Shown here piece after piece: positions 1 through 11,694 of a DNA stretch of 64,000 nucleotides. The number at the start of each line of letters is the position of its first letter. Positions within the stretch are counted from its first letter, which is position 1. The notes under the pieces were generated by a model, which was given only the letters and a program-made list of their open reading frames with translations, was not told the DNA's origin and did not search any database. The position numbers and the translations under genes were made by a program. Origin of the DNA: Basidiobolus meristosporus CBS 931.73. Its lineage: Eukaryota; Fungi; Basidiobolomycota. The stretch spans positions 1 through 64,000 of the forward strand of contig MCFE01000317.1 of NCBI GenBank assembly GCA_002104905.1, read 5' to 3'.

Positions 1-23
1 ATCTTTGGTCCGCTTGGGATCAG

Positions 24-482
24 CGGATGATGAATAATGAGGCAATACTTCTGAGAATAACGAACGAGATGGTGAGGATTTCGTGATCTGATATGCATAT
101 GGCGTGGCTGAGCAGATGCCTCCATTCTCAGTGGAGCCGGGCCAGCCCACCAATTTCCCTGGAAAGAATAAGTTCACGGGCAACAACCGGATGCTGATAT
201 TCGTGGCAGTACCTTGATTCACTGTCAGAGTTTGATACCCGTTGGAGTCCACACAAACACTTGGAACGTTGGATCCTACAATACCCTGCTGGCTCACTAC
301 AAAAGATAGGTTAGCTGGCTACTGTTGAATGCAGAAATAGGCACGTTACATGTGTGGGCAAAGAAGTTGCCCATGCACGGATGGTCGAATCCGGGTGGGA
401 AAACCCCAAGTAGCATATCTTGTTCTGTTCTGTTCATTGATGACGGGTGGAGGATCGGAGTATGAAAGATGGATAAGACCAC
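24..482 (-). CDS. Hypothetical spliced protein; ends uncertain
   Basis: ORF 297..482 is interrupted by a canonical-looking intron (GTAACG...GCTAAC...TTGTAG). Splicing joins MGNFFAHT to LSQQGIVGSNVPSVCVDSNGYQ... in an open frame that runs almost to the window start. No family recognised. Confidence 0.35.
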
Positions 483-956
483 GGAAACTATTTATTTCGC
501 TAAGCGAGCAACATCAAGCTCGGATTTCGCTACCAACTTATTCGGGATTTATAAACGCCAAGCCAATCAGACTCCAGGCTCCCAATAATGCGCAATAGTA
601 ATTTGGAACGGCATTCAACACATTTGCCTATCATCTAGCATATTGAAATCCATTATTGGCTTTCCGTCCACAACTTATATACTGCAATAATCTGAACCAA
701 ATTCATCATTATGATAATGATTTGCGAACTATTAACTGATTACTGATAGTCAGGCGTGAGTGGGACGAACAAGAATATTTTCAACTTCTAGTAACGTTTA
801 ACCGTCATGTCGTGATTGACGTAACGGATTTCGAATCACATGGATTGTTTACTAGGAAAGTCGAAATACGTATCCCTTTGATTAGCATATATTAAGAAGT
901 GGCTTGATCCTTTTCATAACAATCCGCCCTTCCTCCCACTCACTCTCATACCCACC

Positions 957-1797
957 ATGACCCAAACCACCAAACTTTATTACAATACCAGATCGGTATT
1001 CTCTAGTGTGATTCGACTTTACCTTCATGAAAAGGGCCTCACTGTGGATGAGTTGGTTCATATCGATTTAGCAAAAGGCGAACAAAATACCCCCGAGTTT
1101 CATAGCCTTAATCCTCAGACTAAGGTACGCTTCCATATGGATTCTCCGCATACATCTTATCTAACACCTACACCAGGTCCCAGTGTTTGTTCACGGCTCC
1201 GAAGTAATTCCCGATTCTCGCGAAATCACTAGCTACATTGAGAAGACCTTTGGCGAATTGAAGGACCTTGCTCCCACTCACACTGAGGAGGCTGCCCGTA
1301 CTCTCCACGAGATCCACCAACTCCCAGTCGCCGTATTAACCTTCGGAGCCCAAAGCAAGGAAGAGCAGGAGACCAAGAGTGCCACCTTGAAAATGGTCAA
1401 AGTGCGTCACGAGAACCTTAAAAAAGCCATCGAGGATTATCCAGGCATCGCCCAAGACCTAACTCCAAAACTTCAAGGAATGGATGGATTGCTTAGCACC
1501 ATCGAGGACTTCCCCAAGGTTCAGGATGCCTGGAAGAGGGCCGACGCCTTCTTCACCTCGGTTGACGCCCTTTTGGAGGGTCGAACCTTTTTGGATGGTG
1601 ACAAGTATACCTACATCGATTCGCACTTCACCCCCATATTGTCCAGAATTTCATTCAGTGGACAAAGACAGAAGATTCTACAATATCCCAACCTTGCTAG
1701 GTACTGGGAAACCGTCCAAGCCAGGGAGAGCTATAAGACAGTCTTCGACCTCCCATGCAGTATTCCAAACCACCCCAAGGGCTGCACCTGCCGTTAA
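957..1797 (+). CDS. Glutathione S-transferase, GDAP1-like
   Basis: Exon 957..1124, intron 1125..1176 (GTACGC...CTAAC...CCAG), exon 1177..1797. The join gives SLNPQTK|VPVFVHGSEVIPDSREITSYIE (GST N-domain motif LNP..xVP...DS..I..YI). The C-domain has FLDGDKYTYIDSHFTPIL...PNLARYWE. Confidence 0.88.
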
Positions 1798-1932
1798 TTT
1801 TACGGGTTTGGGGAATTTTTGGATAGCCATCGATATCATGGACATTGTCATCAGTGCACTGAAGGCGAATGAACGATTTTACATATATACATTTACTTTG
1901 CAATTGAACAAGTGGTTAGAAGTAGAGAAGTC

Positions 1933-2247
1933 TTATATAAGCTTCTGGGGGGCCTTTTTGACTTTGCTCGGCTCCGAGAGGTCGTGGGCTGCAAGATACA
2001 ACCTGGACTCTTGGATAAAATGGGGCAGAGCGCTAGGGGGAAGCTGGTGAGATACCTCGGGCTGAACAGTCTCTACATAGTTCAAGGAATTACCGGTGGT
2101 TTCCGGTAAGTCGATGGCTTCGCTGAAAGAAGGACGGCGAAGGAAAGATCCAGTGGCAGTGTGCGGGGTGGTCATTTTTTGAAAGAGAGGGCCAGCGAGC
2201 CAGACTGGCTTTTTAAACCACCGGGCTCCTTTGTTGTCATTGACCAT
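1933..2247 (-). CDS. Possible small hypothetical protein
   Basis: 104-aa ATG-started ORF between two genes with an RRPSF motif; no recognisable domain. Confidence 0.2.
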   Translation of the reverse strand: MVNDNKGARWFKKPVWLAGPLFQKMTTPHTATGSFLRRPSFSEAIDLPETTGNSLNYVETVQPEVSHQLPPSALPHFIQESRLYLAAHDLSEPSKVKKAPQKLI

Positions 2248-2576
2248 GTTTCAGGGAACCAAGAGGTCACAACATGCATTCAGAACCACTGACCATTCCT
2301 TATTAGCCAAACCAGCCAATGGCCTGATGTCAAACACACCGGTGATGAATCACCTGTCTAGAAAATAAGCGTTCTCAGACCATAAACTTTACAACCGCAC
2401 CACCGTATCATCATCGCACCGGTTGCCCAATAATGGCGGGTAATCATCATTACAGAAACGAGAGACTGGTCGAGATTTTTATTGATACAAAGGAATAATG
2501 TATATTAAATTAGCTAGGGAATCAGATCAAGAATCTATATTCGAGAATATCTACAGAGTTTCCACGCAGCAGCGTG

Positions 2577-3567
2577 CTATCTGTCCCCGCTGGAGTTTGT
2601 CATCCAAGAGCTACGGTCAGCACTTCGATAGCTTGGTGGTCTAAAATCAGAGCTGGTTGGACTACTCTCCAAGGTGTAGACATTCTGAGGAATATCGATT
2701 TCGATGTGGGATGGTGAGGCATTGGGATCAAGCACACCAGAGAATCCGTCCTCATTGGAGCCTGAGATGCTTGGGATTCTCGCCCTTACCTCACCATCAC
2801 GGAGTATAAAGTATGCAGGTGGTTCTTCTTTTGCAATTGCGTATGTAGGCGGTGGCGAGTCTAGGTTGAGCAGATCATATTCGTACTCGCAGTGGTCAGC
2901 TCGTATAGGGGTGAAGTTCATCGTAAGATACATTTCCAGCTCACCCTGGAGCTTAGCATCCAGGGATTTCAGGGCAATTCTATGTTTCTAGGGTGATTGT
3001 AAGGAACATTAGCATGGGCTGTCTTAGTAGTGCAACACGCAGACATCCGATGATTACCCAAAGTTGGAATGGAAGTAGCAACAAAAGCATAAGAAAGACC
3101 ACCCAGGTGATCCAAGAAAGGGCTGTAACCTGTTTGATGATGGTTATTGCCCCTGTGGCTATTAGAGTCTCGACAACGATGTGCAGAAACAGCTTTTGAC
3201 GTAAATGCTTCTTGTGTAATATATGACGGGATAGGATTCCCACTGGGATCGGAGGCGAATTGGCGAGAATACTTGAGGAATCACTGGCGGCGGCTTCTGG
3301 CGGCGGCGTTTCTCTTCCAGCGGAAGAAGCAACAGTGTCCACCTCAATAACGGAAGAGACTCTTGCAGGGATTGGTCGTTCTTCCATCGAAGGAACCGAT
3401 AATGCCATACCTCCTGCTTTTATTGTCTTAAAACTCCTTTTCAATCCTCGGAAGTGATGTTCAGGGCCTACACAGAGTACATAAATGGGGCAGGAAGAGC
3501 GGTAACGTAAAGGGAAATTGATACTAACAGAACCAGGAGTGCGCGCCACTTTGATGCTTTTAAACAT
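2577..3567 (-). CDS. Two-TM membrane protein with three PPxY motifs
   Basis: ORF 2980..3567 encodes two hydrophobic segments (LFLHIVVETLIATGAITII; LSWITWVVFLMLLLLLPFQLW). A probable phase-0 intron at about 2946..3057 joins it to ORF 2577..2933, which contains PPPTY, PPAY and PPSY. Confidence 0.6.
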
Positions 3568-3975
3568 GCTCGCTCGTTAGAGAAACGAGGAACTTTCGAA
3601 GGGATGTGAATTAGGATAGGTACGTACATAATACATGCATGGTTGCATACAGTGAACTTGCCTCGCTAGAATGGTATATTTTTGAAATCACAGACACAGT
3701 CTCAGCTTTATCGTAAATTAAGATGATCCCATACATCACAAAACTAACACCAAGCATTGGAGTGAAAAAGTATGGGTATAGAGGTCTAACATTGGTATGG
3801 ATCTAGTCTTGGTTTTCTGGGGCCATTTTCTCGCCTAGAGGCACCCAATTCGCGATCTCAAGAGATACATCATCCGGTATATCAATCAAGTGAACCAACT
3901 GGCCCTTCTGGTCATCTGCGGTGGGCAGTGTGTGTGGCACAGTATCGGCAACAAATAGCAACTAAAAACCATGGC

Positions 3976-4263
3976 TCAGCCATCTGACAAAGATGAATAA
4001 ATGCTAGAGAACCTCCTTACCACTATCACCACAAATATCAAGACTACCGCAGAAAGAACAAGAAACAGGACCGTGGGGATTCTACCCTTCACACAAAGAT
4101 GAAGAGCAAGCACCGGAACGGCCAAGAGCAGACAAAACATGATTTGCCTGAACTTTGCCACCCAATTGCTCCAAGTCACAACCATGATTTTCTTTGGATA
4201 AAGGATACTAGGTTGGTTGTCTGTGAAGATCGATAGATGAATGCAGCCATGAACAGCTCGCAC
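3976..4263 (-). CDS. Small hypothetical two-TM protein
   Basis: Two hydrophobic stretches (IMFCLLLAVPVLALHLCV; IPTVLFLVLSAVVLIFVVIVV) followed by RR. The likely ATG is internal (MVVTWSNW). Confidence 0.35.
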   Translation of the reverse strand: MRAVHGCIHLSIFTDNQPSILYPKKIMVVTWSNWVAKFRQIMFCLLLAVPVLALHLCVKGRIPTVLFLVLSAVVLIFVVIVVRRFSSIYSSLSDG

Positions 4264-5268
4264 ATGGCTATATCTTATATACAGCTACTCTGGTTGCTGA
4301 ATGGTCTCATTAATTCAAGCACCGATCGCTTCACCTGCTTCTCCCCTCCTATAAAGGTATGGATGCAGCACCTGAGTGGCGATGATATTACTTGGTAGGC
4401 CTTTCGCCCCATTCAACATACCTGTATTCTCCGCTTAATCACCTAACCTTTACCAGGTTTTAGATGTGCGTACACTTGCTTCAATAAACTGGGCCTATCT
4501 ACTGGACTGCATACCTAACGAATCATGGCTACATGAAATCTCCTAACCTCAATTAATATTGCGAACTTAACCGCCATTTTCAATCGATGCACGCTCACAC
4601 GGGATGCAGTACAATGCTTGATATACAGCTTCGTGGTATTCAGCGGCTCCGATAATTCCAAACCTTAATTCGCAAACTTAAAACGTATCACATGCTATAT
4701 GCCCCATATCAAGTAATCACAACTCTGCCTTCTGTGGGTTTCTGGTGCTGTAATTTGGAAAATGTAGAAATATTATTTTTGGACTGAGAGTGATTTCTCC
4801 AAGCAGAACAGATTGGAGGCGTAACCATACAAACTCACCACCCAGGGAGTTAAACAGTAACTACCGAAGTACCTGAGACCGTTTACGAAGTTCCAGGGCT
4901 ACTCATTGTGTATGGTCTTGATTTTGTGAAATACAGTGGATAATGCGTAGCCACACTATATCATGCACCCCGCGAGATTCTTTACGTCTTCATGAGCATA
5001 TGTTGGAGCCCACGTCGAAGCAAACCACCCAACCAGTCCACCCTTACTAGTCAACATCCATTCTTATGGCATGTATATAGATATGTATTTTCTGCAGCTT
5101 ATTTTTCCATTTTCAATGGGATTATGACACTCATGAACACTGTTGCCCAAACTGCTGCATAAACAAGAGCAAAGGTTGATTTAAATTGGTTTAACATCCG
5201 CATGAACTGGCCTAGCTCCAAGATCATTCAGTACCAATTAACATATCTATCTTTGCATGGAATATTTA

Positions 5269-5727
5269 TTATAGTCGCTGGGACAACATAAGACTGCGTT
5301 GGAGGTTGTGAAGTTGATACTTTCCCTGAGAAAGCAGTGTTTTTATCTTGTCCTAAATGTGTACAGAAAACTTTAGCCTAAACCCTTGGCAAGGGTTAGG
5401 TCAAGGAATGAGAAGGTCTACCTGATCTGTTATATTACGATAGTGCTCAAAATCGGCCCTTGCCCAGTCTCGTAACTCTTTTTTATCCTTTGGGTTCTCT
5501 ATTTCTGTAAAGGATGGCTGTGGTAAGTAAGAGGACCCTTCGTTTGATATACCAATACTCACTTCCGGTGGCACGCATAATTTCTCTGTACAAGCCCAGC
5601 ACTTTGACACGAGTAATGAACTAGAGGAGATGTGAGGAAATTAAGCGACACTAGACTTGACAAAAGGTCGAGGCGGTCTTACATGTTGTAGGTTGGGACC
5701 TGAGGAGGAAAGTTTCGATGGAATCAT
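5269..5727 (-). CDS. LYR-motif (Complex1_LYR) protein, LYRM2-like
   Basis: Four exons spliced by eye give MIPSKLSSSGPNLQH|FITRVKVLGLYREIMRATG|..IENPKDKKELRDWARADFEHYRNITDQ|DKIKTLLSQGKYQLHNLQRSLMLSQRL*. The LYR motif and downstream Phe are present. Confidence 0.85.
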
Positions 5728-6143
5728 TGTGTAGTAGTTCGCAAGCCTGCTGTACAGAATTCCCACTTCACCCTTAATATCGAAACCTAGCTGATTTCAG
5801 CCAAACCATCTTTAACTATTCATCGAAATTTGTCTCCCCCAATAGAGTCTGGAAAAAATGGAACCTCCTTAGGCAAGAATATTTTAAATCCCATTTATAG
5901 ATTGAAATGGCTCTCAAAAATGAGCACTTGAATGATTAGAGTTGATGATAAATATGGGCGAGGTAAGGACCAAGATAAAAACCATATGAAGACTAGCTTA
6001 TACAGATAAAATATACGGTGTTTCCAACACAGAGAATAAATTGAAAAAATGTGCATGCGTCCAGCCCTTTCCTAGCACCTGCTTGGTGTAGAGTGTATTT
6101 CGCTTTTGTCAGTTTGCAAATGGAACCAGCATTGACGGCAAAC

Positions 6144-6567
6144 TTAGCTAAAAACGACCGCTTTGGGATCCAAGGGCATACCGGTTGCCGGATCTATATT
6201 ATTGTTTTTGAACTTTAGCTGTTGGCGTATCACTCTTGCTTCGTCAAAGGTGCACCCGTGCTTTTTCATGATTCTGTGGATCTCCTCGCTGTCCAAGCCA
6301 GGTCTAGAATCGCCACCTTCGATGTTGGGCAAAATGTCGAATGTTTCGCTGGATAGGCCGTTCTCCAGGTCTTCGAGAAAGGTTCCCGTCCCTAAACGAC
6401 GATACCCTCGTTTTATGAGAACTCGACGAACCAGGAAGAGCACTAAATTACCAAAAGGCAAACGGGCATAAAGTTAGCTAGGGGTGTCACCATTTCCCTT
6501 GACTATATGTAACTTCACCTAAGATGACTATCGGTAGGGTTATGAAGAATAACTGAAGCTCCGACAT
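6144..6567 (-). CDS. DUF2015 / UPF0357 (YCL012C-like) fungal protein
   Basis: FLEDLENGLSSETFDILPNIEGGDSRPGLD...IMKKHGCTFDEAR...NNIDPATGMPLDPKAVVFS matches the family pattern as I recall it. A hydrophobic first exon MSELQLFFITLPIVIL starts at 6567 and ends at a GTGAAG donor. Confidence 0.8.
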
Positions 6568-6969
6568 GGTCGCTGTGTTTAGATTCAAATGGGAGGGATA
6601 GGTTTTATTGCTGATGAAGCGTAGTTAAGAGGGATTACTAAGGTAGGTTAACAGGGAAGGGACAAGTGTATATGGATTGCAATTGATTTAGTGAAAGTCG
6701 AATATATGATTCAACATCGCCACAAATTGAATATTTATAACAGGATGTCCATGTAATGTATTGCTGGTTTCGGAAGTACGTTAATTGAGAAAATATGCGA
6801 AAAGTGGACCGGATAATAAACACCAGATTGCTTCTCTCGATCATGTGATTCGAGCGATATGATTGGACATCGACAAGGATAATATGAACATCACGTTCCT
6901 ACTGAAACCTCCTTTTCCCTCTTCCTTCGAGAGCATACTCAGTCTTTTCGAATTTGAGACGTAAATAAG

Positions 6970-7571
6970 ATGTCTGAACAGGTAATTACCTAGTTCAAAT
7001 TTGTTATGTATAAGCACGGGAATGCCATGGAGAGCATGTTAGGATGGATTCCAACTTCATTGCTATGGATTCGTGGTTGGCAAGACGAGGATATTCACTG
7101 ACACACTTTATGAATCCGTAGGTCGAGAGAGCTTTCCAAAAGCAAGTTGGTATCTTCCAAAACGCCAAGGTTACCGGATCCAAGAAGACCCGTAACCTCC
7201 GTTGGTACAAGGATGTCGGTCTTGGATTCAAGACCCCCAAGGAAGCCATCGAAGGTCACTACATCGACAAGAAGTGCCCCTTCACTGGTGATGTCAGCAT
7301 CCGTGGTCGTATCCTCACCGGTGTTGTTATCTCCACCAAGATGAAGAACACCCTCATCATCCGTCGTGAGTACCTTCACTACATCCCCAAGTACAACCGT
7401 TACGAGAAACGCCACAAGAACCTTGCCGCTCACGTGTCCCCCTGCTTCCGTGTCGAGAACGGTGATATGGTCACTGTTGGACAATGCCGTCCTTTGTCCA
7501 AGACTGTTCGTTTCAACGTCCTCAAAGTCCAAAAGAAGACTCAAGGTAGCAAGCAATTCGCCAAGTTCTAA
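6970..7571 (+). CDS. RPS11: 40S ribosomal protein S11 (uS17)
   Basis: Exon 6970..6981 (MSEQ), intron 6982..7121, exon 7122..7571: VERAFQKQ...[18 protein letters not shown]...[17 protein letters not shown]...[17 protein letters not shown]. Strong codon bias. Confidence 0.98.
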
Positions 7572-8070
7572 ATTTGTCATGTAGCTACTGTAGCTGTGAT
7601 GTTCGCTCTATCACAATAAAATGAACCTTCTGTCACACACATGCCATCCATCGATAGTGCAAGAGTTCCAAAGTATTTTACTCGTCCCGATGAGACTAGG
7701 GTTAGGGGATACTGATGATTTTGGGTAGGGCAGCTGGGTAGATGAATGAATTTACCTTAGTATTAAGGTTGGTAGAGTGTTTTTACCAATTTACCAGCTT
7801 GAAATTCGACGTCATATCTTCAGGGAGAGCGAGGTGTAGAATGACGAAGAATATTTTCGAAAGAGTGAAAACAATCAGACCCGGGTTGTCTTAGGGTGAA
7901 AACGATTTCCAAGGTATTTTGAACATTGTGTTGTGAGTTACACTTAGTAATTTCTCTTCGGAAAGGTAGAGTATTTGCGATTTGTATTTAGTGTCGACAG
8001 TAACCGAATAAATGGTCTGGTGAAGAGCCTCTTGCTAAAACCACGTTCTGATCTTGAAGGGTTAATTTCA

Positions 8071-8540
8071 ATGGAGGACTCTGAACTTGAAGCTATTCGT
8101 GCCCGCAGACTCGCCGAATTAAGAGCACGACAAGGTGGCGGGGTAAATTCTCAGCTGACAATACACGTCTGTGCTTCAACGTATTAATCCTTACCTAGGG
8201 AAGTAGCATGGGCGGCGGATCCATGGGAATGAGCAAGGGTGATGATGAAGGCAAAAACGAACAACAAGAAGAGCTTCGTCGCTCCATGTTGGCTCAGATT
8301 CTTGATAATCAAGCTCGTGAGCGTATCGCTCGTATCTCCATCGTCAAAGCCGATAAAGCACGTGCCGTTGAAGATTTGTTGATTCGTATGGCTCAGACCG
8401 GCCAACTTCGTGGTAAAGTAACCGAATCGCATTTGATCGAGCTGTTGGAGCAAATCAACTCCCAGCAAAAGGCAGAAACCAAGATCGTTTACAACCGTCG
8501 TAGATTTGACGACGATTCTGACGACGAATTTGACTTGTAA
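8071..8540 (+). CDS. PDCD5: Programmed cell death protein 5 (TFAR19/SDD2 family)
   Basis: MEDSELEAIRARRLAEL, intron 8143..8198, then ILDNQARERIARISIVKADKARAVEDLLIRMAQTGQLRGKVTE..LIELL...RRRFDDDSDD. Confidence 0.95.
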
Positions 8541-9424
8541 GCAAAGCCAGCCATTGTTATTTTGCGATTTTTCACCCCGCCCAAGCCCAGTATGTGTAAT
8601 GCCGGTTGGAGTTCGGCTACCTTATTGGTGAATAAATACATTCATAAAAGAACCAGCCTCTTGTGAATTTTGATATCGTCTGAAGACAAGATGTGTGTAA
8701 CGACCATTATTATAGAAGTTCTTTTATCGGAGTGGATTATTGCCATGGCTTCGCTTACAAATCTGAAGTGAAACTAGATTGACCATTTTGAACTTAATCC
8801 AAGTTAATGTACTAATTATGAGGCATCTATAATGAGGGGAGGGGTGGTGTCTGTTTAGGAATGGGGTCTTCATTTTACCTGCAGCAGCAACTCCCTTTGA
8901 AATAGGAAAGTCTAGACGCGTACCACGTGCAAAAAAGCTAACTCTGTAAACAAAAGAAATTGGAAAACCCTTGGTGGCCACATCCACTCGAAATGACGGG
9001 TGGTTACCAACTGGCATTAGTAATCCTGTAGCCTAACCGTCCTTGCCAGCTGGCCAATCACATGAAAGGGAGATATGGATTTGTCAGCTATGATACAGTC
9101 TGGCCTTTTGTGAGTTGGCTAGGATATATGTGAATATTTCCTGGAAATCGGTATCCACAGTTTGCCATTATCAGCACTAGAAGTTTAAGATCAATTGAGA
9201 AGTCCGGATTAATAAAGCTAAATGTTTGGCGACTTTCAAAATCTCTTGATGGGAAAATATGGATCTTAACCCAATTCATCAAAAGCCACGAAAGGCGAGG
9301 ACAATGCACAGTTATTGGTTACGCGGTTACGTAGACGTTGAATCTTTCCTAGATGAGAAAATCGCAGTGGCCTTCTTGATAAGATTGATGTGGGGCCCTA
9401 AGCAGTTCATATTCAATGGCCAAA

Positions 9425-9431
9425 TATAAAT
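9425..9431 (+). promoter_or_regulatory. Putative TATA box of CCP1
   Basis: TATAAAT about 95 nt upstream of the ATG at 9520. Confidence 0.4.
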
Positions 9432-9519
9432 ATGTTCGATTCCCATCACTGGATCTTCAGCTCCTTTGTAGTTTGGTCAAGTGAAATACAACTTGTCTAA
9501 CAACCAATAACATCTGACA

Positions 9520-10629
9520 ATGGCTTTCCGTCTTATTTCTCGCGCAATCACCCCAGTTGGTAGAAGCCGTGTCGTCGGCGCTTCATTGCTCGGTGCCTCT
9601 CGCAGCTCTGTCGTCCGCTCGGCAACACGTGGATACCAAACTGGTCCTGTGAAGAAGAGTGGCTCTAGCCCCATGGTTTGGGCTTTGGCCTTTGCCGGTG
9701 CCGGTATTGCTGGATATTACATGATGACTCCTGCCGGCAAAGTTGAGCCCCACGCATCGCCCAAGGATAACGTTGGTGTGAACGTTGAGACCAAGAAGAA
9801 AAATTTGGACTACCAAGCCATCTACAACGAAATTGCTGATATCCTTGAAGACAACGATTACGACGACGGCTCCTTTGGACCAGTTTTGCTTCGTTTGGCC
9901 TGGCACGCATCTGGAACTTACAACAAAGCTGATGGAAGTGGTGGTTCCAACGGTGCCACTATGAGATTCAGACCTGAGTCCGAGCATGGTGGTAATGCTG
10001 GGTTGGGTGTTGCTCGTGACAAGCTGGAGGCCATCAAGCAAAAGTATCCCGACCTTAGTTACTCCGATTTGTGGTCATTGGCCGGTGTAGTAGCCATCCA
10101 AGAGATGGGCGGCCCTACCATCCCCTGGAGACCTGGACGTACTGACAAGCCTTCTGCCAACGACTGTACCCCTGATGGCAGATTGCCCGATGCTTCTCAA
10201 GGTGCCAGCCACGTCCGTGACATCTTCTATCGTATGGGTTTCTCCGACCAAGAGATTGTTGCTCTATCTGGAGCTCATGCCTTGGGCCGCTGTCACTCTA
10301 CTCGCTCAGGATTCGAAGGACCTTGGACTGCCTCACCCACTATGCTCACCAACGATTACTTCCGACTTCTACTTGAGGAGGAATGGGTACCCAAGAAGTG
10401 GGATGGACCATTCCAATATGTCGATAAGTCCACTGGTGAGTTGATGATGTTGCCTACTGATATGGCATTGGTCAAGGATCCTAAGTTCAAGAAGTACGCC
10501 GAACTTTATGCCAAGGATGTCGACAAATTCTTCGAGGACTTCGCCAAGGCCTACGTCAAGCTTGGCGAGCTAGGATGCAGATTCCCCGATTCCACTCCTA
10601 CCTACCGCTTCAAGTCCACCTTGGAGTAA
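9520..10629 (+). CDS. CCP1: Mitochondrial cytochrome c peroxidase (class I heme peroxidase)
   Basis: Intronless. Arg/Ser-rich presequence plus TM stop-transfer segment, distal [12 protein letters not shown] motif, proximal [27 protein letters not shown]. Confidence 0.96.
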   Translation: MAFRLISRAITPVGRSRVVGASLLGASRSSVVRSATRGYQTGPVKKSGSSPMVWALAFAGAGIAGYYMMTPAGKVEPHASPKDNVGVNVETKKKNLDYQAIYNEIADILEDNDYDDGSFGPVLLRLAWHASGTYNKADGSGGSNGATMRFRPESEHGGNAGLGVARDKLEAIKQKYPDLSYSDLWSLAGVVAIQEMGGPTIPWRPGRTDKPSANDCTPDGRLPDASQGASHVRDIFYRMGFSDQEIVALSGAHALGRCHSTRSGFEGPWTASPTMLTNDYFRLLLEEEWVPKKWDGPFQYVDKSTGELMMLPTDMALVKDPKFKKYAELYAKDVDKFFEDFAKAYVKLGELGCRFPDSTPTYRFKSTLE

Positions 10630-11310
10630 TTTAGCTTCCAGTTGTTGAACATACCGACCCATCCCCAATCCATCACGATCATTCACGCGCACCTTCTGGA
10701 GTAGTAAATAGTTAAAATTTTGCTCGCTTTTCTAATACAAAAAATAAACAATTCTTGATAACATACGTTTGGTATACATGAAGAGTGACGTAATGGCATT
10801 GGCATTATCCAAAATTCTGACCCCAGATCAATAACAATGAAGCAGGGCCTGTTATCACATTAATGGGGTGGCAATCCGGGTAAGTATATGGTGATATTTC
10901 AGCGCATCTGTGGCTGTAGATGCTTCGCAGAGAGCTCTAGACACAGGTTCTTAGATCGTCGGTGAAGGTGATGGATATCTACTCCGAATCAATGTTATAC
11001 AATCTATTTATTAATCGCCATTAAATCGATTGGAATTACGTGACTAAATATTAATTAGCGGAGTGGGAATTAGTACAGGAATGGTTGAATGCTGGTATGG
11101 AAAATCAAGCAGAACTGAGGTTATGTAGGTATCTTGACCACCAGTGCACGGTGGGAAGGATCAGTAATTTACACCGTAAAATTATTATATCATATAAATC
11201 TATGTAGTTTCTTGGATTAAGTAATGCCTCAATGTAATGCGTTGACCAGACGTATTGTGCTAATGCTACGCGGTAGCAATCGGGGCTAAGGAGTTGATTA
11301 ACCAACCGCA

Positions 11311-11694
11311 CTAAAGACTTTTGCTTAATTCAGGGTACACGAGGGACTCTAAACGCTGATGCCGTAGCTTCTTCGGCGTTAGGGAGAAACGGATGGTCTG
11401 TTGCCGAGACCCAGTTTGATCCAGGCTAAACCCATAAGCCACTATTTTATCAAAGTCGTTGGCCTTTTTCTGAAGCTCGATCTTGGCTTCGGCAAATTCC
11501 ATTTTCTCGTATTTTGAGGATCGATAAGCATTTCTCTGGACGTGGTGCCTCTTCTTGGTCCGACGAACGAAGAATTTCGAGAGGATATTGCTCCATGATG
11601 AGTTCGGCAATTCATGTTCGTTACGCTCTAAACTATCCACGCGCTTGGGTCTTTCTACAATGTTATAGGTAAGTGTATTGTGACCAGGTGTCAT
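11311..11694 (-). CDS. Hypothetical basic protein with C-terminal FD...TIRFSLTP motif
   Basis: 127-aa ATG-started ORF; no domain recognised with certainty. Confidence 0.5.
   Translation of the reverse strand: MTPGHNTLTYNIVERPKRVDSLERNEHELPNSSWSNILSKFFVRRTKKRHHVQRNAYRSSKYEKMEFAEAKIELQKKANDFDKIVAYGFSLDQTGSRQQTIRFSLTPKKLRHQRLESLVYPELSKSL

Noticed and set aside
27-54. ATGATGA...CTGA resembling box C/D
   Set aside because: Only about 28 nt apart, too short for a snoRNA, and inside a probable antisense coding region.
6982-7121. RPS11 intron (140 nt, longer than typical here) as a snoRNA host
   Set aside because: No RUGAUGA box C paired with a CUGA box D, and no H/ACA layout, could be seen.
7095-7580. 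161-aa antisense ORF over RPS11
   Set aside because: Shadow ORF from strong codon bias of the ribosomal protein gene.
9434-9444. GTTCGATTCCC resembling a tRNA T-loop
   Set aside because: No acceptor, D or anticodon stems upstream; it lies next to the CCP1 TATA box.
9583-10041. Antisense ORFs over CCP1
   Set aside because: Codon-bias shadows with no protein-like features.
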